Origin: Candidatus Moraniibacteriota bacterium
Lineage (GTDB): Bacteria; Patescibacteriota; Minisyncoccia; Moranbacterales; UBA1568
Direction: 5' to 3'
Length of the DNA: 64,000 nt
Assembly: GCA_963778555.1 (NCBI GenBank)
Contig: CAVZUR010000005.1
Span: 33,756 to 97,755 of the forward strand
Within the stretch, counting starts at the first letter, position 1; each line of letters starts with the position of its first letter. Shown here in pieces: positions 52,946 through 63,737 of this stretch. The translations under genes were made by a program, and so were the position numbers. Below the pieces are notes generated by a model that did not search any database, had not been told where the DNA came from, and saw nothing but the letters and a program-made list of their open reading frames with translations.

Positions 52946-55900
52946 ATGCTCAATCAACTACCGCCAACACCAATGGTGTCACCGGTCTCGCCGTCAACTT
53001 CACCAACAACCCGAGTGTTGCTGGTAACACGGAGTACGCACTCCGGATCCAGAATCAGCTCACCGCGAACGTCACGGACAACGCTGTCAGTGCCCTCCTC
53101 CTCCTCGACAACGCCGACTCTACCGCGACTGGCACCACCATCGTCACCGATGCCATCGCCATCACGAACTCAGGCGGATCGAACTTCACCAACTTCCTCA
53201 ATACCCCGACTCTCGACATCAGTGCGGCGGGGGCGATCACCGGAGCGACGGGGATCACGAGCTCGGGGAACATCACGTTCTCTAGCCTTACCGCCAACTC
53301 TTTCCTCTACTCGGGTACGGGCGGTCTCCTCACCACGACCACCGCTCCGACCAATGGTCAGCTCCTTATCGGAAGTACCGGTGTGGCTCCAGTCGCGGCG
53401 GCACTTGACCCAAGGCACTGGTATCACCGTCACCAACGGTGCGGGAAGCATCACCATCGCTTCGACCCTCGGGACGAGCGTGGACCTCACAACTGAAGTG
53501 ACCGGCACCCTCCCAGTCGGCAATGGCGGTACCGGCGCGACATCGCTGACGGATCTCATCGCGTTGACGACGCATACCACAGGGAACTATGTGGCCAGCC
53601 TCACCGCTGGCAACGGTATCAGTGGTACCGTCGCCAGCGAGGGAGCAACCCCGACCCTCGATATCGATCTCCTTGTCGCTGCTGATGGCACGGGCGTCAC
53701 TTCCTCCAATTCCGGTCTCGAATTCGCTGGTGCAAGCTCTGATAAGCTCGCACTCATCCAAGGCTGTTCCAATGGTCAGGGTATTTCTTGGAATGACACG
53801 ACCAATCTCTGGGAATGCACCAGTTTCTCCGCCGGACTCTCCGGGACGGGGACTACGGGCTACAACGCGTATTGGAGTGGAACGACATCGCTCGGATCAG
53901 AACAATTCGTCGCGACAGTCCGAGGCGGCACCGGTCTCGATGGCTCAGCCGCCGCCAATGGCACCCTCCTCATTGGCAATGGCACGGGATATACGTTAGC
54001 GACCTTGACCGATGGTACGGGTATTACTATCACGGAAGGTGCAGGAAGCATCACCATCGCTTCCACCCTCGGGACGAGCGTGGACCTCACAACTGAAGTG
54101 ACCGGCACCCTCCCAGTCGGCAATGGTGGTACCGGCGCGACATCGCTGACGGATCTCATCGCGTTGACGACGCATACCACAGGGAACTATGTGGCCAGCC
54201 TCACCGCTGGCAACGGTATCAGTGGTACCGTCGCCAGCGAGGGAGCAACCCCGACCCTCGATATCGATCTCCTTGTCGCTGCTGATGGCACGGGCGTCAC
54301 TTCCTCCAATTCCGGTCTCGAATTCGCTGGTGCAAGCTCTGATAAGCTCGCACTCATCCAAGGCTGTTCCAATGGTCAAGGTATTTCTTGGAATGACACG
54401 ACCAATCTCTGGGAATGCACCAGTTTCTCCGCCGGACTCTCCGGGAGTGGCACGACCGGTTATGCGACCTACTGGAGTGGCACCTCCTCCTTGGGGAGCG
54501 AGCAATTTCTCTCGACGGTCAGAGGTGGTACCGGTCTCGACGGTTCAGCCGCCGCCAATGGCACCCTCCTCATTGGCAATGGCACGGGATATACGTTAGC
54601 GACCCTGACCGGTACGGCGAATGAAATTGGCATTACGAATGCCGCTGGCTCCATCACTATCGGTGTCCCGGATGACGGACTCGACTTCACCGAATTCCAA
54701 GACACCCTCGATCTCGATGCCGCCCTCACCCTGAACCAGACCACCAATACCTGGACCCAGTCCTTCACCGGCACCACCACCACCGGCTTCGCCTACACCG
54801 CCACTTCCCTCACCACTGGCTCCGCCCTCAATGTCACTACCACCAATACCGCCACCGCCAACACCGCCCTCTCACCGGTTCAGTTCAATCTGACGAATGC
54901 TCAATCAACTACCGCCAACACCAATGGTGTCACCGGCCTCGCCGTCAACTTCACCAACAACCCGAGTGTTGCTGGTAACACGGAGTACGCACTCCGGATC
55001 CAGAATCAGCTCACCGCGAACGTCACCGACAACGCTGTCAGTGCCCTCCTCCTCCTCGACAACGCCGACTCTACCGCGACTGGCACCACCATCGTCACCG
55101 ATGCCATCGCCATCACGAACTCAGGCGGATCGAACTTCACCAACTTCCTCAATACCCCAACCCTCGACATCAGTGCGGCGGGGGCCATCACTGGAGCGAC
55201 GGGGATCACCTCGAGTGGCTCTATCACCTTTAGTGCCTTTACCAGTAATGGTGGTCCGCTCTACACCAACGGTTCGGGTGTCATCGCTCAAACCACTGCC
55301 GGGACAGCAACCCAAGTCCTCCATGGTGGTACTGCTCCAAGCTTCTCCGCGGTCTCCCTCACCACCGATGTCTCGGGCACCCTCCCAGTCGGCAATGGCG
55401 GTACTGGCGCCACCACCTTCACTGCCAATGGCGTCCTCTATGGCAACACCACCGGTGCGGTCCAAGTCACCGCCGCCGGCACGAATGGTCAGCTCCTCCT
55501 CGGCGTCACGGCTGGTGCCCCGACCTTCGCCACCATGAGTAGCGATGCCTCCATCACCAATGCTGGTGTCCTGACTATCGCCGCCGATGCTGTCGCCCTC
55601 ACCACCGATACCACGGGGAACTATGTCGCGAATGTCCAGACGAGCGTCCTCACCGGTCTCACCGGTGGCTCAGCGGGGAGCGAAGGAGCGTCTCTCACCC
55701 TCAACCTCGATTACTCCCAAGCCCTGACCGGGGATGTGGCCTTGGGTGCGAATGCAGGTGTCTTCGGTCAGTCCGGCTTCGCCTTCGAAGGCTCGAGTGC
55801 TGATACGATCGAGACCTATCTCGTCGTCACCAATCCTACTGCCTCGGACAAGACGATTACGTTCCCCAACGTGTCCGGCACCATCGCCCTTCTGGATGGC

Positions 55901-57418
55901 GCTCAGACCTTTACGAGTGCGACCTGGAACGCGACGGCTATCGGTGCACAGTATGGCGGCACCGGTATTAACACGAGTGCTTCAACCGGCATCCCCACCA
56001 TTTCGGCTGGTACCTGGAGCGTCTCAGCCACGCTCGGCGCTGCTTCCATCACCGCTGACTCCCTCGACTTCACCGAATTCCAAGACACCCTCGATCTCGA
56101 TGCGGCCCTCACCCTGAACCAGACCACCAATACCTGGACCCAGTCCTTCACCGGCACCACCACCACCGGCTTCGCCTACACCGCCACTTCCCTCACCACT
56201 GGCTCCGCCCTCAATGTCACCACCACCAATACCGCCACCGCCAACACCGCCCTCTCACCGGTTCAGTTCAATCTGACCAATGCTCAATCAACTACCGCCA
56301 ACACCAATGGTGTCACCGGCCTCGCCGTCAACTTCACCAACAACCCGAGTGTTGCTGGTAACACGGAGTACGCACTCCGGATCCAGAATCAGCTCACCGC
56401 GAACGTCACCGACAACGCTGTCAGTGCCCTCCTCCTCCTCGACAACGCCGACTCTACCGCGACTGGCACCACCATCGTCACGGATGCCATCGCCATCACG
56501 AACTCAGGCGGATCGAACTTCACCAACTTCCTCAATACCCCAACCCTCGACATCAGTGCGGCGGGGGCCATCACCGGAGCGACGGGGATCACCTCGAGTG
56601 GCTCTATCACCTTTAGTGCCTTTACCAGTAATGGTGGTCCGCTCTACACCAACGGTTCGGGTGTCATCGCTCAAACCACTGCCGGGACAGCAACCCAAGT
56701 CCTCCATGGTGGTACTGCTCCAAGCTTCTCCGCGGTCTCCCTCACCACCGATGTCTCGGGCACCCTCCCAGTCGGCAATGGCGGTACTGGCGCCACCACC
56801 TTCACTGCCAATGGCGTTCTCTATGGCAACACCACCGGTGCGGTCCAAGTCACCGCCGCCGGCACGAATGGTCAGCTCCTCCTCGGCGTCACGGCTGGTG
56901 CCCCGACCTTCGCCACCATGAGTAGCGATGCCTCCATCACCAATGCTGGTGTCCTGACTATCGCCGCCGATGCTGTCGCCCTCACCACCGATACCACGGG
57001 GAACTATGTGGCGAATGTTGCGAATGGGAACGGTATCGCGGGCGGCTCAGCGGGGAGCGAAGGGGCTTCCCTCACGCTCGCAATCGATTTACTGGATGTG
57101 GACGACAGTACGGGAGCGATTGCGAGCAACTCCGGCCTCGAATTCCAGGGCGCCGGTTCCAATGAGCTGACCTTACTGCAGGGCTGTTCCAATGGCCAAG
57201 GTATTTCTTGGGATGATACGACTATGGAATGGGAATGCACCAGTTTCTCCGCCGGACTCTCCGGGAGTGGCACGACCGGTTATGCGACCTACTGGAGTGG
57301 CACCTCCTCCTTCGGGAGCGAGCAATTTCTCTCGACGGTCAGAGGTGGTACCGGTATCGACGGTTCAGCCGCCGCCAATGGCACCCTCCTCATTGGCAAT
57401 GGCACGGGATATACCTAG
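52946..57418 (+). CDS. giant surface protein, segment 4 (1490 aa ORF; genuine module sequence from about 53405)
   Basis: Bridged from segment 3 through the 52399-53496 ORF by clustered indels at 52560-52700 and about 53405. Confidence 0.65.
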   Translation: MLNQLPPTPMVSPVSPSTSPTTRVLLVTRSTHSGSRISSPRTSRTTLSVPSSSSTTPTLPRLAPPSSPMPSPSRTQADRTSPTSSIPRLSTSVRRGRSPERRGSRARGTSRSLALPPTLSSTRVRAVSSPRPPLRPMVSSLSEVPVWLQSRRHLTQGTGITVTNGAGSITIASTLGTSVDLTTEVTGTLPVGNGGTGATSLTDLIALTTHTTGNYVASLTAGNGISGTVASEGATPTLDIDLLVAADGTGVTSSNSGLEFAGASSDKLALIQGCSNGQGISWNDTTNLWECTSFSAGLSGTGTTGYNAYWSGTTSLGSEQFVATVRGGTGLDGSAAANGTLLIGNGTGYTLATLTDGTGITITEGAGSITIASTLGTSVDLTTEVTGTLPVGNGGTGATSLTDLIALTTHTTGNYVASLTAGNGISGTVASEGATPTLDIDLLVAADGTGVTSSNSGLEFAGASSDKLALIQGCSNGQGISWNDTTNLWECTSFSAGLSGSGTTGYATYWSGTSSLGSEQFLSTVRGGTGLDGSAAANGTLLIGNGTGYTLATLTGTANEIGITNAAGSITIGVPDDGLDFTEFQDTLDLDAALTLNQTTNTWTQSFTGTTTTGFAYTATSLTTGSALNVTTTNTATANTALSPVQFNLTNAQSTTANTNGVTGLAVNFTNNPSVAGNTEYALRIQNQLTANVTDNAVSALLLLDNADSTATGTTIVTDAIAITNSGGSNFTNFLNTPTLDISAAGAITGATGITSSGSITFSAFTSNGGPLYTNGSGVIAQTTAGTATQVLHGGTAPSFSAVSLTTDVSGTLPVGNGGTGATTFTANGVLYGNTTGAVQVTAAGTNGQLLLGVTAGAPTFATMSSDASITNAGVLTIAADAVALTTDTTGNYVANVQTSVLTGLTGGSAGSEGASLTLNLDYSQALTGDVALGANAGVFGQSGFAFEGSSADTIETYLVVTNPTASDKTITFPNVSGTIALLDGAQTFTSATWNATAIGAQYGGTGINTSASTGIPTISAGTWSVSATLGAASITADSLDFTEFQDTLDLDAALTLNQTTNTWTQSFTGTTTTGFAYTATSLTTGSALNVTTTNTATANTALSPVQFNLTNAQSTTANTNGVTGLAVNFTNNPSVAGNTEYALRIQNQLTANVTDNAVSALLLLDNADSTATGTTIVTDAIAITNSGGSNFTNFLNTPTLDISAAGAITGATGITSSGSITFSAFTSNGGPLYTNGSGVIAQTTAGTATQVLHGGTAPSFSAVSLTTDVSGTLPVGNGGTGATTFTANGVLYGNTTGAVQVTAAGTNGQLLLGVTAGAPTFATMSSDASITNAGVLTIAADAVALTTDTTGNYVANVANGNGIAGGSAGSEGASLTLAIDLLDVDDSTGAIASNSGLEFQGAGSNELTLLQGCSNGQGISWDDTTMEWECTSFSAGLSGSGTTGYATYWSGTSSFGSEQFLSTVRGGTGIDGSAAANGTLLIGNGTGYT

Positions 57419-60213
57419 CGACCCTGACCGGTACGGCGAATGAAATCGGCATTACGAATGCCGCTGGCTCCATCACTATCGGTGTCCCGGATGACGGACT
57501 CGACTTCACCGAATTCCAAGACACCCTCGATCTCGATGCGGCCCTCACCCTGAACCAGACCACCAATACCTGGACCCAGTCCTTCACCGGCACCACCACC
57601 ACCGGCTTCGCCTACACCGCCACTTCCCTCACCACTGGCTCCGCCCTCAATGTCACTACTACCAATACCGCCACCGCCAACACCGCCCTCTCACCGGTTC
57701 AATTCAATCTGACGAATGCTCAATCAACTACCGCCAACACCAATGGTGTCACCGGCCTCGCCGTCAACTTCACCAACAACCCGAGTGTCGCTGGTAACAC
57801 GGAGTACGCACTCCGGATCCAGAATCAGCTCACCGCGAACGTCACCGACAACGCTGTCAGTGCCCTCCTCCTCCTCGACAACGCCGACTCTACCGCGACT
57901 GGCACCACCATCGTCACCGATGCCATCGCCATCACGAACTCAGGCGGATCGAACTTCACCAACTTCCTCAATACCCCGACCCTCGACATCAGTGCGGCGG
58001 GGGCGATCACCGGAGCGACGGGGATCACCTCGAGTGGCTCTATCACCTTTAGTGCCTTTACCAGTAATGGTGGTCCGCTCTACACCAACGGTTCGGGTGT
58101 CATCGCTCAAACCACTGCCGGGACAGCAACCCAAGTCCTCCATGGCGGTACTGCTCCAAGCTTCTCCGCGGTCTCCCTCACCACCGATGTCTCGGGCACC
58201 CTCCCAGTCGGCAATGGCGGTACTGGCGCCACCACCTTCACTGCCAATGGCGTCCTCTATGGCAACACCACCGGTGCGGTCCAAGTCACCGCCGCCGGCA
58301 CGAATGGTCAGCTCCTCCTCGGCGTTACTGCCGGAGCCCCGACCTTCGCCACCATGAGTAGCGATGCCTCCATCACCAATGCTGGTGTCCTGACTATCGC
58401 CGCCGATGCTGTCGCCCTCACCACCGATACCACGGGGAACTATGTCGCGAATGTCCAGACGAGCGTCCTCACCGGTCTCACCGGTGGCTCAGCGGGGAGC
58501 GAAGGAGCGTCTCTCACCCTCAACCTCGATTACTCCCAAGCCCTGACCGGGGATGTGGCCTTGGGTGCGAATGCAGGTGTCTTCGGTCAGTCCGGCTTCG
58601 CCTTCGAAGGCTCGAGTGCTGATACGATCGAGACCTATCTCGTCGTCACCAATCCTACCGCCTCGGACAAGACGATTACGTTCCCCAACGTGTCCGGCAC
58701 CATCGCCCTTCTGGATGGCGCTCAGACCTTTACGAGTGCGACCTGGAACGCGACGGCTATCGGTGCACAGTATGGCGGCACCGGTATTAACACGAGTGCT
58801 TCAACCGGCATCCCCACCATTTCGGCCGGTACCTGGAGCGTCTCAGCCACGCTCGGCGCTGCTTCCATCACCGCTGACTCCCTCGACTTCACCGAATTCC
58901 AAGACACCCTCGATCTCGATGCGGCCCTCACCCTGAACCAGACCACCAATACCTGGACCCAGTCCTTCACCGGCACCACCACCACCGGCTTCGCCTACAC
59001 CGCCACTTCCCTCACCACTGGCTCCGCCCTCAATGTCACTACCACCAATACCGCCACCGCCAACACCGCCCTCTCACCGGTTCAGTTCAATCTGACGAAT
59101 GCTCAATCAACTACCGCCAACACCAATGGTGTCACCGGCCTCGCCGTCAACTTCACCAACAACCCGAGTGTCGCTGGTAACACGGAGTACGCACTCCGGA
59201 TCCAGAATCAGCTCACCGCGAACGTCACCGACAACGCTGTCAGTGCCCTCCTCCTCCTCGACAACGCCGACTCTACCGCGACTGGCACCACCATCGTCAC
59301 CGATGCCATCGCCATCACGAACTCAGGCGGATCGAACTTCACCAACTTCCTCAATACCCCAACCCTCGACATCAGTGCGGCGGGGGCCATCACCGGAGCG
59401 ACGGGGATCACCTCGAGTGGCTCTATCACCTTTAGTGCCTTTACCAGTAATGGTGGTCCGCTCTACACCAACGGTTCGGGTGTCATCGCTCAAACCACTG
59501 CCGGGACAGCAACCCAAGTCCTCCATGGTGGTACTGCTCCAAGCTTCTCCGCGGTCTCCCTCACCACCGATGTCTCGGGCACCCTCCCAGTCGGCAATGG
59601 CGGTACTGGCGCCACCACCTTCACTGCCAATGGCGTCCTCTATGGCAACACCACCGGTGCGGTCCAAGTCACCGCCGCCGGCACGAATGGTCAGCTCCTC
59701 CTCGGCGTCACGGCTGGTGCCCCGACCTTCGCCACCATGAGTAGCGATGCCACCATCACCAATGCTGGTGTCCTGACTATCGCCGCCGATGCTGTCGCCC
59801 TCACCACCGATACCACGGGGAACTATGTCGCGAATGTCCAGACGAGCGTCCTCACCGGTCTCACCGGTGGCTCAGCGGGGAGCGAAGGAGCGTCTCTCAC
59901 CCTCAACCTCGATTACTCCCAAGCCCTGACCGGGGATGTGGCCTTGGGTGCGAATGCAGGTGTCTTCGGTCAGTCCGGCTTCGCCTTCGAAGGCTCGAGT
60001 GCTGATACGATCGAGACCTATCTCGTCGTCACCAATCCTACCGCCTCGGACAAGACGATTACGTTCCCGGATGCATCCGGCACCGTTGTCCTGTCAGGTG
60101 GGACACTGTTCACGGCCGACTGGCACCTCCGGTATCGAGCCAAACCATCTCGCAGGGGGATATCTGACTATCGCCGCTGGTACCGGTATCACGACCACCG
60201 GCGGAGCGACTGA
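57229..60213 (+). CDS. giant surface protein, segment 5 (994 aa; genuine sequence from about 57420)
   Basis: -1 break at about 57416 relative to segment 4; identical module types. Confidence 0.65.
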   Translation: MGMHQFLRRTLREWHDRLCDLLEWHLLLRERAISLDGQRWYRYRRFSRRQWHPPHWQWHGIYLATLTGTANEIGITNAAGSITIGVPDDGLDFTEFQDTLDLDAALTLNQTTNTWTQSFTGTTTTGFAYTATSLTTGSALNVTTTNTATANTALSPVQFNLTNAQSTTANTNGVTGLAVNFTNNPSVAGNTEYALRIQNQLTANVTDNAVSALLLLDNADSTATGTTIVTDAIAITNSGGSNFTNFLNTPTLDISAAGAITGATGITSSGSITFSAFTSNGGPLYTNGSGVIAQTTAGTATQVLHGGTAPSFSAVSLTTDVSGTLPVGNGGTGATTFTANGVLYGNTTGAVQVTAAGTNGQLLLGVTAGAPTFATMSSDASITNAGVLTIAADAVALTTDTTGNYVANVQTSVLTGLTGGSAGSEGASLTLNLDYSQALTGDVALGANAGVFGQSGFAFEGSSADTIETYLVVTNPTASDKTITFPNVSGTIALLDGAQTFTSATWNATAIGAQYGGTGINTSASTGIPTISAGTWSVSATLGAASITADSLDFTEFQDTLDLDAALTLNQTTNTWTQSFTGTTTTGFAYTATSLTTGSALNVTTTNTATANTALSPVQFNLTNAQSTTANTNGVTGLAVNFTNNPSVAGNTEYALRIQNQLTANVTDNAVSALLLLDNADSTATGTTIVTDAIAITNSGGSNFTNFLNTPTLDISAAGAITGATGITSSGSITFSAFTSNGGPLYTNGSGVIAQTTAGTATQVLHGGTAPSFSAVSLTTDVSGTLPVGNGGTGATTFTANGVLYGNTTGAVQVTAAGTNGQLLLGVTAGAPTFATMSSDATITNAGVLTIAADAVALTTDTTGNYVANVQTSVLTGLTGGSAGSEGASLTLNLDYSQALTGDVALGANAGVFGQSGFAFEGSSADTIETYLVVTNPTASDKTITFPDASGTVVLSGGTLFTADWHLRYRAKPSRRGISDYRRWYRYHDHRRSD

Positions 60214-60266
60214 TACCATCACCATCGCTTCCACCCTCGGGACGAGCATCGCCGCAGCTGAAGTCG

Positions 60267-63200
60267 ATGCAATCTCTCGACTTCACCGAATTCCAAGACA
60301 CCCTCGATCTCGATGCGGCCCTCACCCTGAACCAGACCACCAATACCTGGACCCAGTCCTTCACGGGCACCACCACCACCGGCTTCGCCTACACCGCCAC
60401 TTCCCTCACCACTGGCTCCGCCCTCAATGTCACTACCACCAATACCGCGACCACCAACACCGCCCTCTCACCGGTTCAATTCAATCTGACCAATGCTCAA
60501 TCAACCACCGCCAACACCAATGGTGTCACCGGTCTCGCCGTCAACTTCACCAACAACCCGAGTGTCGCTGGTAACACGGAGTACGCACTCCGGATCCAGA
60601 ATCAGCTCACCGCGAACGTCACCGACAACGCTGTCAGTGCTCTCCTCCTCCTCGACAACGCCGACTCTACCGCGACTGGCACCACCATCGTCACCGATGC
60701 CATCGCCATCACGAACTCAGGCGGATCGAACTTCACCAACTTCCTCAATACCCCGACCCTCGACATCAGTGCGGCGGGGGCGATCACTGGAGCGACGGGG
60801 ATCACCTCGAGTGGCTCTATCACCTTCAGCGCCTTTACCAGTAATGGTGGTCCGCTCTACACCAACGGTTCGGGTGTCATCGCTCAAACCACTGCCGGGA
60901 CAGCAACCCAAGTCCTCCATGGCGGTACTGCTCCAAGCTTCTCCGCGGTCTCCCTCACCACCGATGTCTCGGGCACCCTCCCAGTCGGCAATGGTGGTAC
61001 TGGCGCCACCACCTTCACTGCCAATGGCGTTCTCTATGGCAACACCACCGGTGCGGTCCAAGTCACCGCCGCCGGCACGAATGGTCAGCTCCTCCTCGGT
61101 GTCACGGCTGGTGCGCCAGTTTTTGCAACTATGAGCACGGACGCCACCATCACCAATGCTGGTGTCCTGACCATCGCCGCCAATGCCGTCGCCCTCACCA
61201 CCGATACCACGGGGAACTATGTGGCGAATGTTGCGAATGGGAATGGTATCGCGGGCGGCTCAGCGGGGAGCGAGGGCGCCGCACTGACCCTAGCAATCGA
61301 TCTCTTGGATGTGGATGACAGCGTTGGGTCCATAACCAGCAACTCCGGTCTCGAATTCCAGGGCGCCGGTTCCAATGAGCTGACCCTGCTGCAGGGTTGC
61401 GCGAATCTCGAGGTATTGGCGTGGGATGATACGACTATGGAGTGGGAGTGTACGGCAATCTCTGGCACTGGTGTGGTCACTGGTTCTGGTACAACTGGGC
61501 AAGTCACTTATTGGAGCGGAACGACGACTCTGACTGGCGAGAATCAGCTGGCTCCTCTCCGTGGCGGTACCGGTATCAATGGAAGTGCGGCCGCCAACGG
61601 CACCCTCCTCATCGGCAATGGCACGGGGTATACTCTGGCGACGTTGACCGACGGGACCGGCGTCACCATCACGGAAGGTGCGGGGAGCATCACCATCGCT
61701 TCGACCCTCGGCACGACCATCGCCGCCGCTGAAGTCGATGCAGATGCTCTCGACTTCACCGAATTCCAAGACACCCTCGATCTCGATGCGGCCCTCACCC
61801 TGAACCAGACCACCAATACCTGGACCCAGTCTTTCACGGGCACCACCACCACCGGCTTCGCCTACACCGCCACTTCCCTCACCACTGGCTCCGCCCTCAA
61901 TGTCACTACCACCAATACCGCCACCGCCAACACCGCCCTCTCACCGGTTCAGTTCAATCTGACGAATGCTCAATCAACCGCCGCCAACACCAATGGTGTC
62001 ACCGGCCTCGCCGTCAACTTCACCAACAACCCGAGTGTTGCCGGCAACACGGAGTACGCGCTCCGGATCCAGAATCAGCTCACCGCGAACGTCACCGACA
62101 ACGCTGTCAGTGCTCTCCTCCTCCTCGACAACGCCGACTCTACCGCGACTGGCACCACCATCGTCACCGATGCCATCGCCATCACGAACTCAGGCGGATC
62201 GAACTTCACCAACTTCCTCAATACCCCAACCCTCGACATCAGTGCGGCGGGGGCCATCACCGGAGCGACGGGGATCACGAGCTCGGGGAACATCACGTTC
62301 TCTAGCCTTACCGCCAACTCCTTCCTCTACTCGGGTACGGGCGGTCTCCTGACGACGACGACCGCTCCGACCAATGGCCAGCTCCTTATCGGAAGTACCG
62401 GCGTGGCTCCCGTCGCCGCGGCACTTACCCAAGGGACGGGTATCACCGTCACGAACGGTGCAGGAAGCATCACCATCGCTTCGACCTTGGGCACGACCAT
62501 CGCGGCCGCTGAAGTCGATGCCGACTCCCTCGACTTCACCGAATTCCAAGACACCCTCGACCTCGACGCCGACCTCACCTTAAACCAGACCACCAATACC
62601 TGGAGCCAGTCCTTCACCGGCACCACCACCACCGGCTTCGCCTACACCGCCACTTCCCTCACCACTGGCTCCGCCCTCAATGTCACCACCACCAATACCG
62701 CCACGGCCAACACCGCCCTCTCACCGGTTCAGTTCAATCTGACCAATGCTCAATCCACCCTCGCGAATACAGCTGGCATTAATGGAGTGCAAGTCAACTT
62801 CACCAACAACCCATCCATTGCGGGAAACACCGAAAATGCGGTTCGTATTCAGAACCAGCTCACCGCGAACGTCACCGACAACGCTGTCTCCTCCCTCCTC
62901 CTCCTCGACAACGCCGATACAACCGCGGCAGGGAGTACGGTTGTTACTGACGCGCTCCGTATCACCAATAGCGGTGCCATCGCCGCCGGCATCACCAATG
63001 GCATCACGTTCGCCTCGGCCACGATCGATACCGGTATCAATTTCTCAGCGGCACCAACCACCAACATCTTGAACACGCCGAGCATTGATATCTCGACAGC
63101 CGGTGCCATCACCGGAGCGACAGGATTACCTCTTCGGGTACCATCACCTTCTCTGGTCTCTCCACAGCCGGTATCGTCACCAACACCTGCGGGCGGTGTC

Positions 63201-63737
63201 TTGGGCACGACGACGGCCGTCGCCGCGACCCTCGGTGGGACAGGCTTCTCGTCCTATGCCGTCGGTGATCTCCTCTATGCCAATACGACAACGTCTTTGG
63301 CCAAGCTGGCTGCTGTCGCTTCTGGTAGCTGCCTCGTTTCGGCTGGCGTCGGTGTGGCGCCGACCTGGGGGACTTGTGATCCGTCGGGGGATTCATTCAC
63401 GACCAGTGCAGGGGTGATTACCAAGTCCCCGCTGTCCGATCGGTTCTCGCTCCAGTATGGTGATGCGGCTGATATTCAGCTCACTATTGAGAATACGACT
63501 AATGCGGTTATACCGACGGTGGATGCGATGCAGATCGATCTCTCGGGCGGCACAACGGGCATCGTGACGGACGGTGTTGATGGACTCGTTATCACAACCG
63601 AGTTTGGCAATGGTACCGCCAATACGAACAGTGCGCTGCGTCTCAGTGTTATCCCGGTGAATACTCCGAGCGGTGACGAAACATTCTTTGCTTTGAATAT
63701 CGATGCATTGGCAGCTGGGACGAGCGCAACGAAGTAG
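60267..63737 (+). CDS. giant surface protein, segment 6 (1156 aa)
   Basis: Four indels between 60115 and 60290 separate it from segment 5. Modules diverge toward the 3' end (…LANTAGINGVQVNFTNNPSIAGNTENAVRIQNQ…). Confidence 0.65.
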   Translation: MQSLDFTEFQDTLDLDAALTLNQTTNTWTQSFTGTTTTGFAYTATSLTTGSALNVTTTNTATTNTALSPVQFNLTNAQSTTANTNGVTGLAVNFTNNPSVAGNTEYALRIQNQLTANVTDNAVSALLLLDNADSTATGTTIVTDAIAITNSGGSNFTNFLNTPTLDISAAGAITGATGITSSGSITFSAFTSNGGPLYTNGSGVIAQTTAGTATQVLHGGTAPSFSAVSLTTDVSGTLPVGNGGTGATTFTANGVLYGNTTGAVQVTAAGTNGQLLLGVTAGAPVFATMSTDATITNAGVLTIAANAVALTTDTTGNYVANVANGNGIAGGSAGSEGAALTLAIDLLDVDDSVGSITSNSGLEFQGAGSNELTLLQGCANLEVLAWDDTTMEWECTAISGTGVVTGSGTTGQVTYWSGTTTLTGENQLAPLRGGTGINGSAAANGTLLIGNGTGYTLATLTDGTGVTITEGAGSITIASTLGTTIAAAEVDADALDFTEFQDTLDLDAALTLNQTTNTWTQSFTGTTTTGFAYTATSLTTGSALNVTTTNTATANTALSPVQFNLTNAQSTAANTNGVTGLAVNFTNNPSVAGNTEYALRIQNQLTANVTDNAVSALLLLDNADSTATGTTIVTDAIAITNSGGSNFTNFLNTPTLDISAAGAITGATGITSSGNITFSSLTANSFLYSGTGGLLTTTTAPTNGQLLIGSTGVAPVAAALTQGTGITVTNGAGSITIASTLGTTIAAAEVDADSLDFTEFQDTLDLDADLTLNQTTNTWSQSFTGTTTTGFAYTATSLTTGSALNVTTTNTATANTALSPVQFNLTNAQSTLANTAGINGVQVNFTNNPSIAGNTENAVRIQNQLTANVTDNAVSSLLLLDNADTTAAGSTVVTDALRITNSGAIAAGITNGITFASATIDTGINFSAAPTTNILNTPSIDISTAGAITGATGLPLRVPSPSLVSPQPVSSPTPAGGVLGTTTAVAATLGGTGFSSYAVGDLLYANTTTSLAKLAAVASGSCLVSAGVGVAPTWGTCDPSGDSFTTSAGVITKSPLSDRFSLQYGDAADIQLTIENTTNAVIPTVDAMQIDLSGGTTGIVTDGVDGLVITTEFGNGTANTNSALRLSVIPVNTPSGDETFFALNIDALAAGTSATK

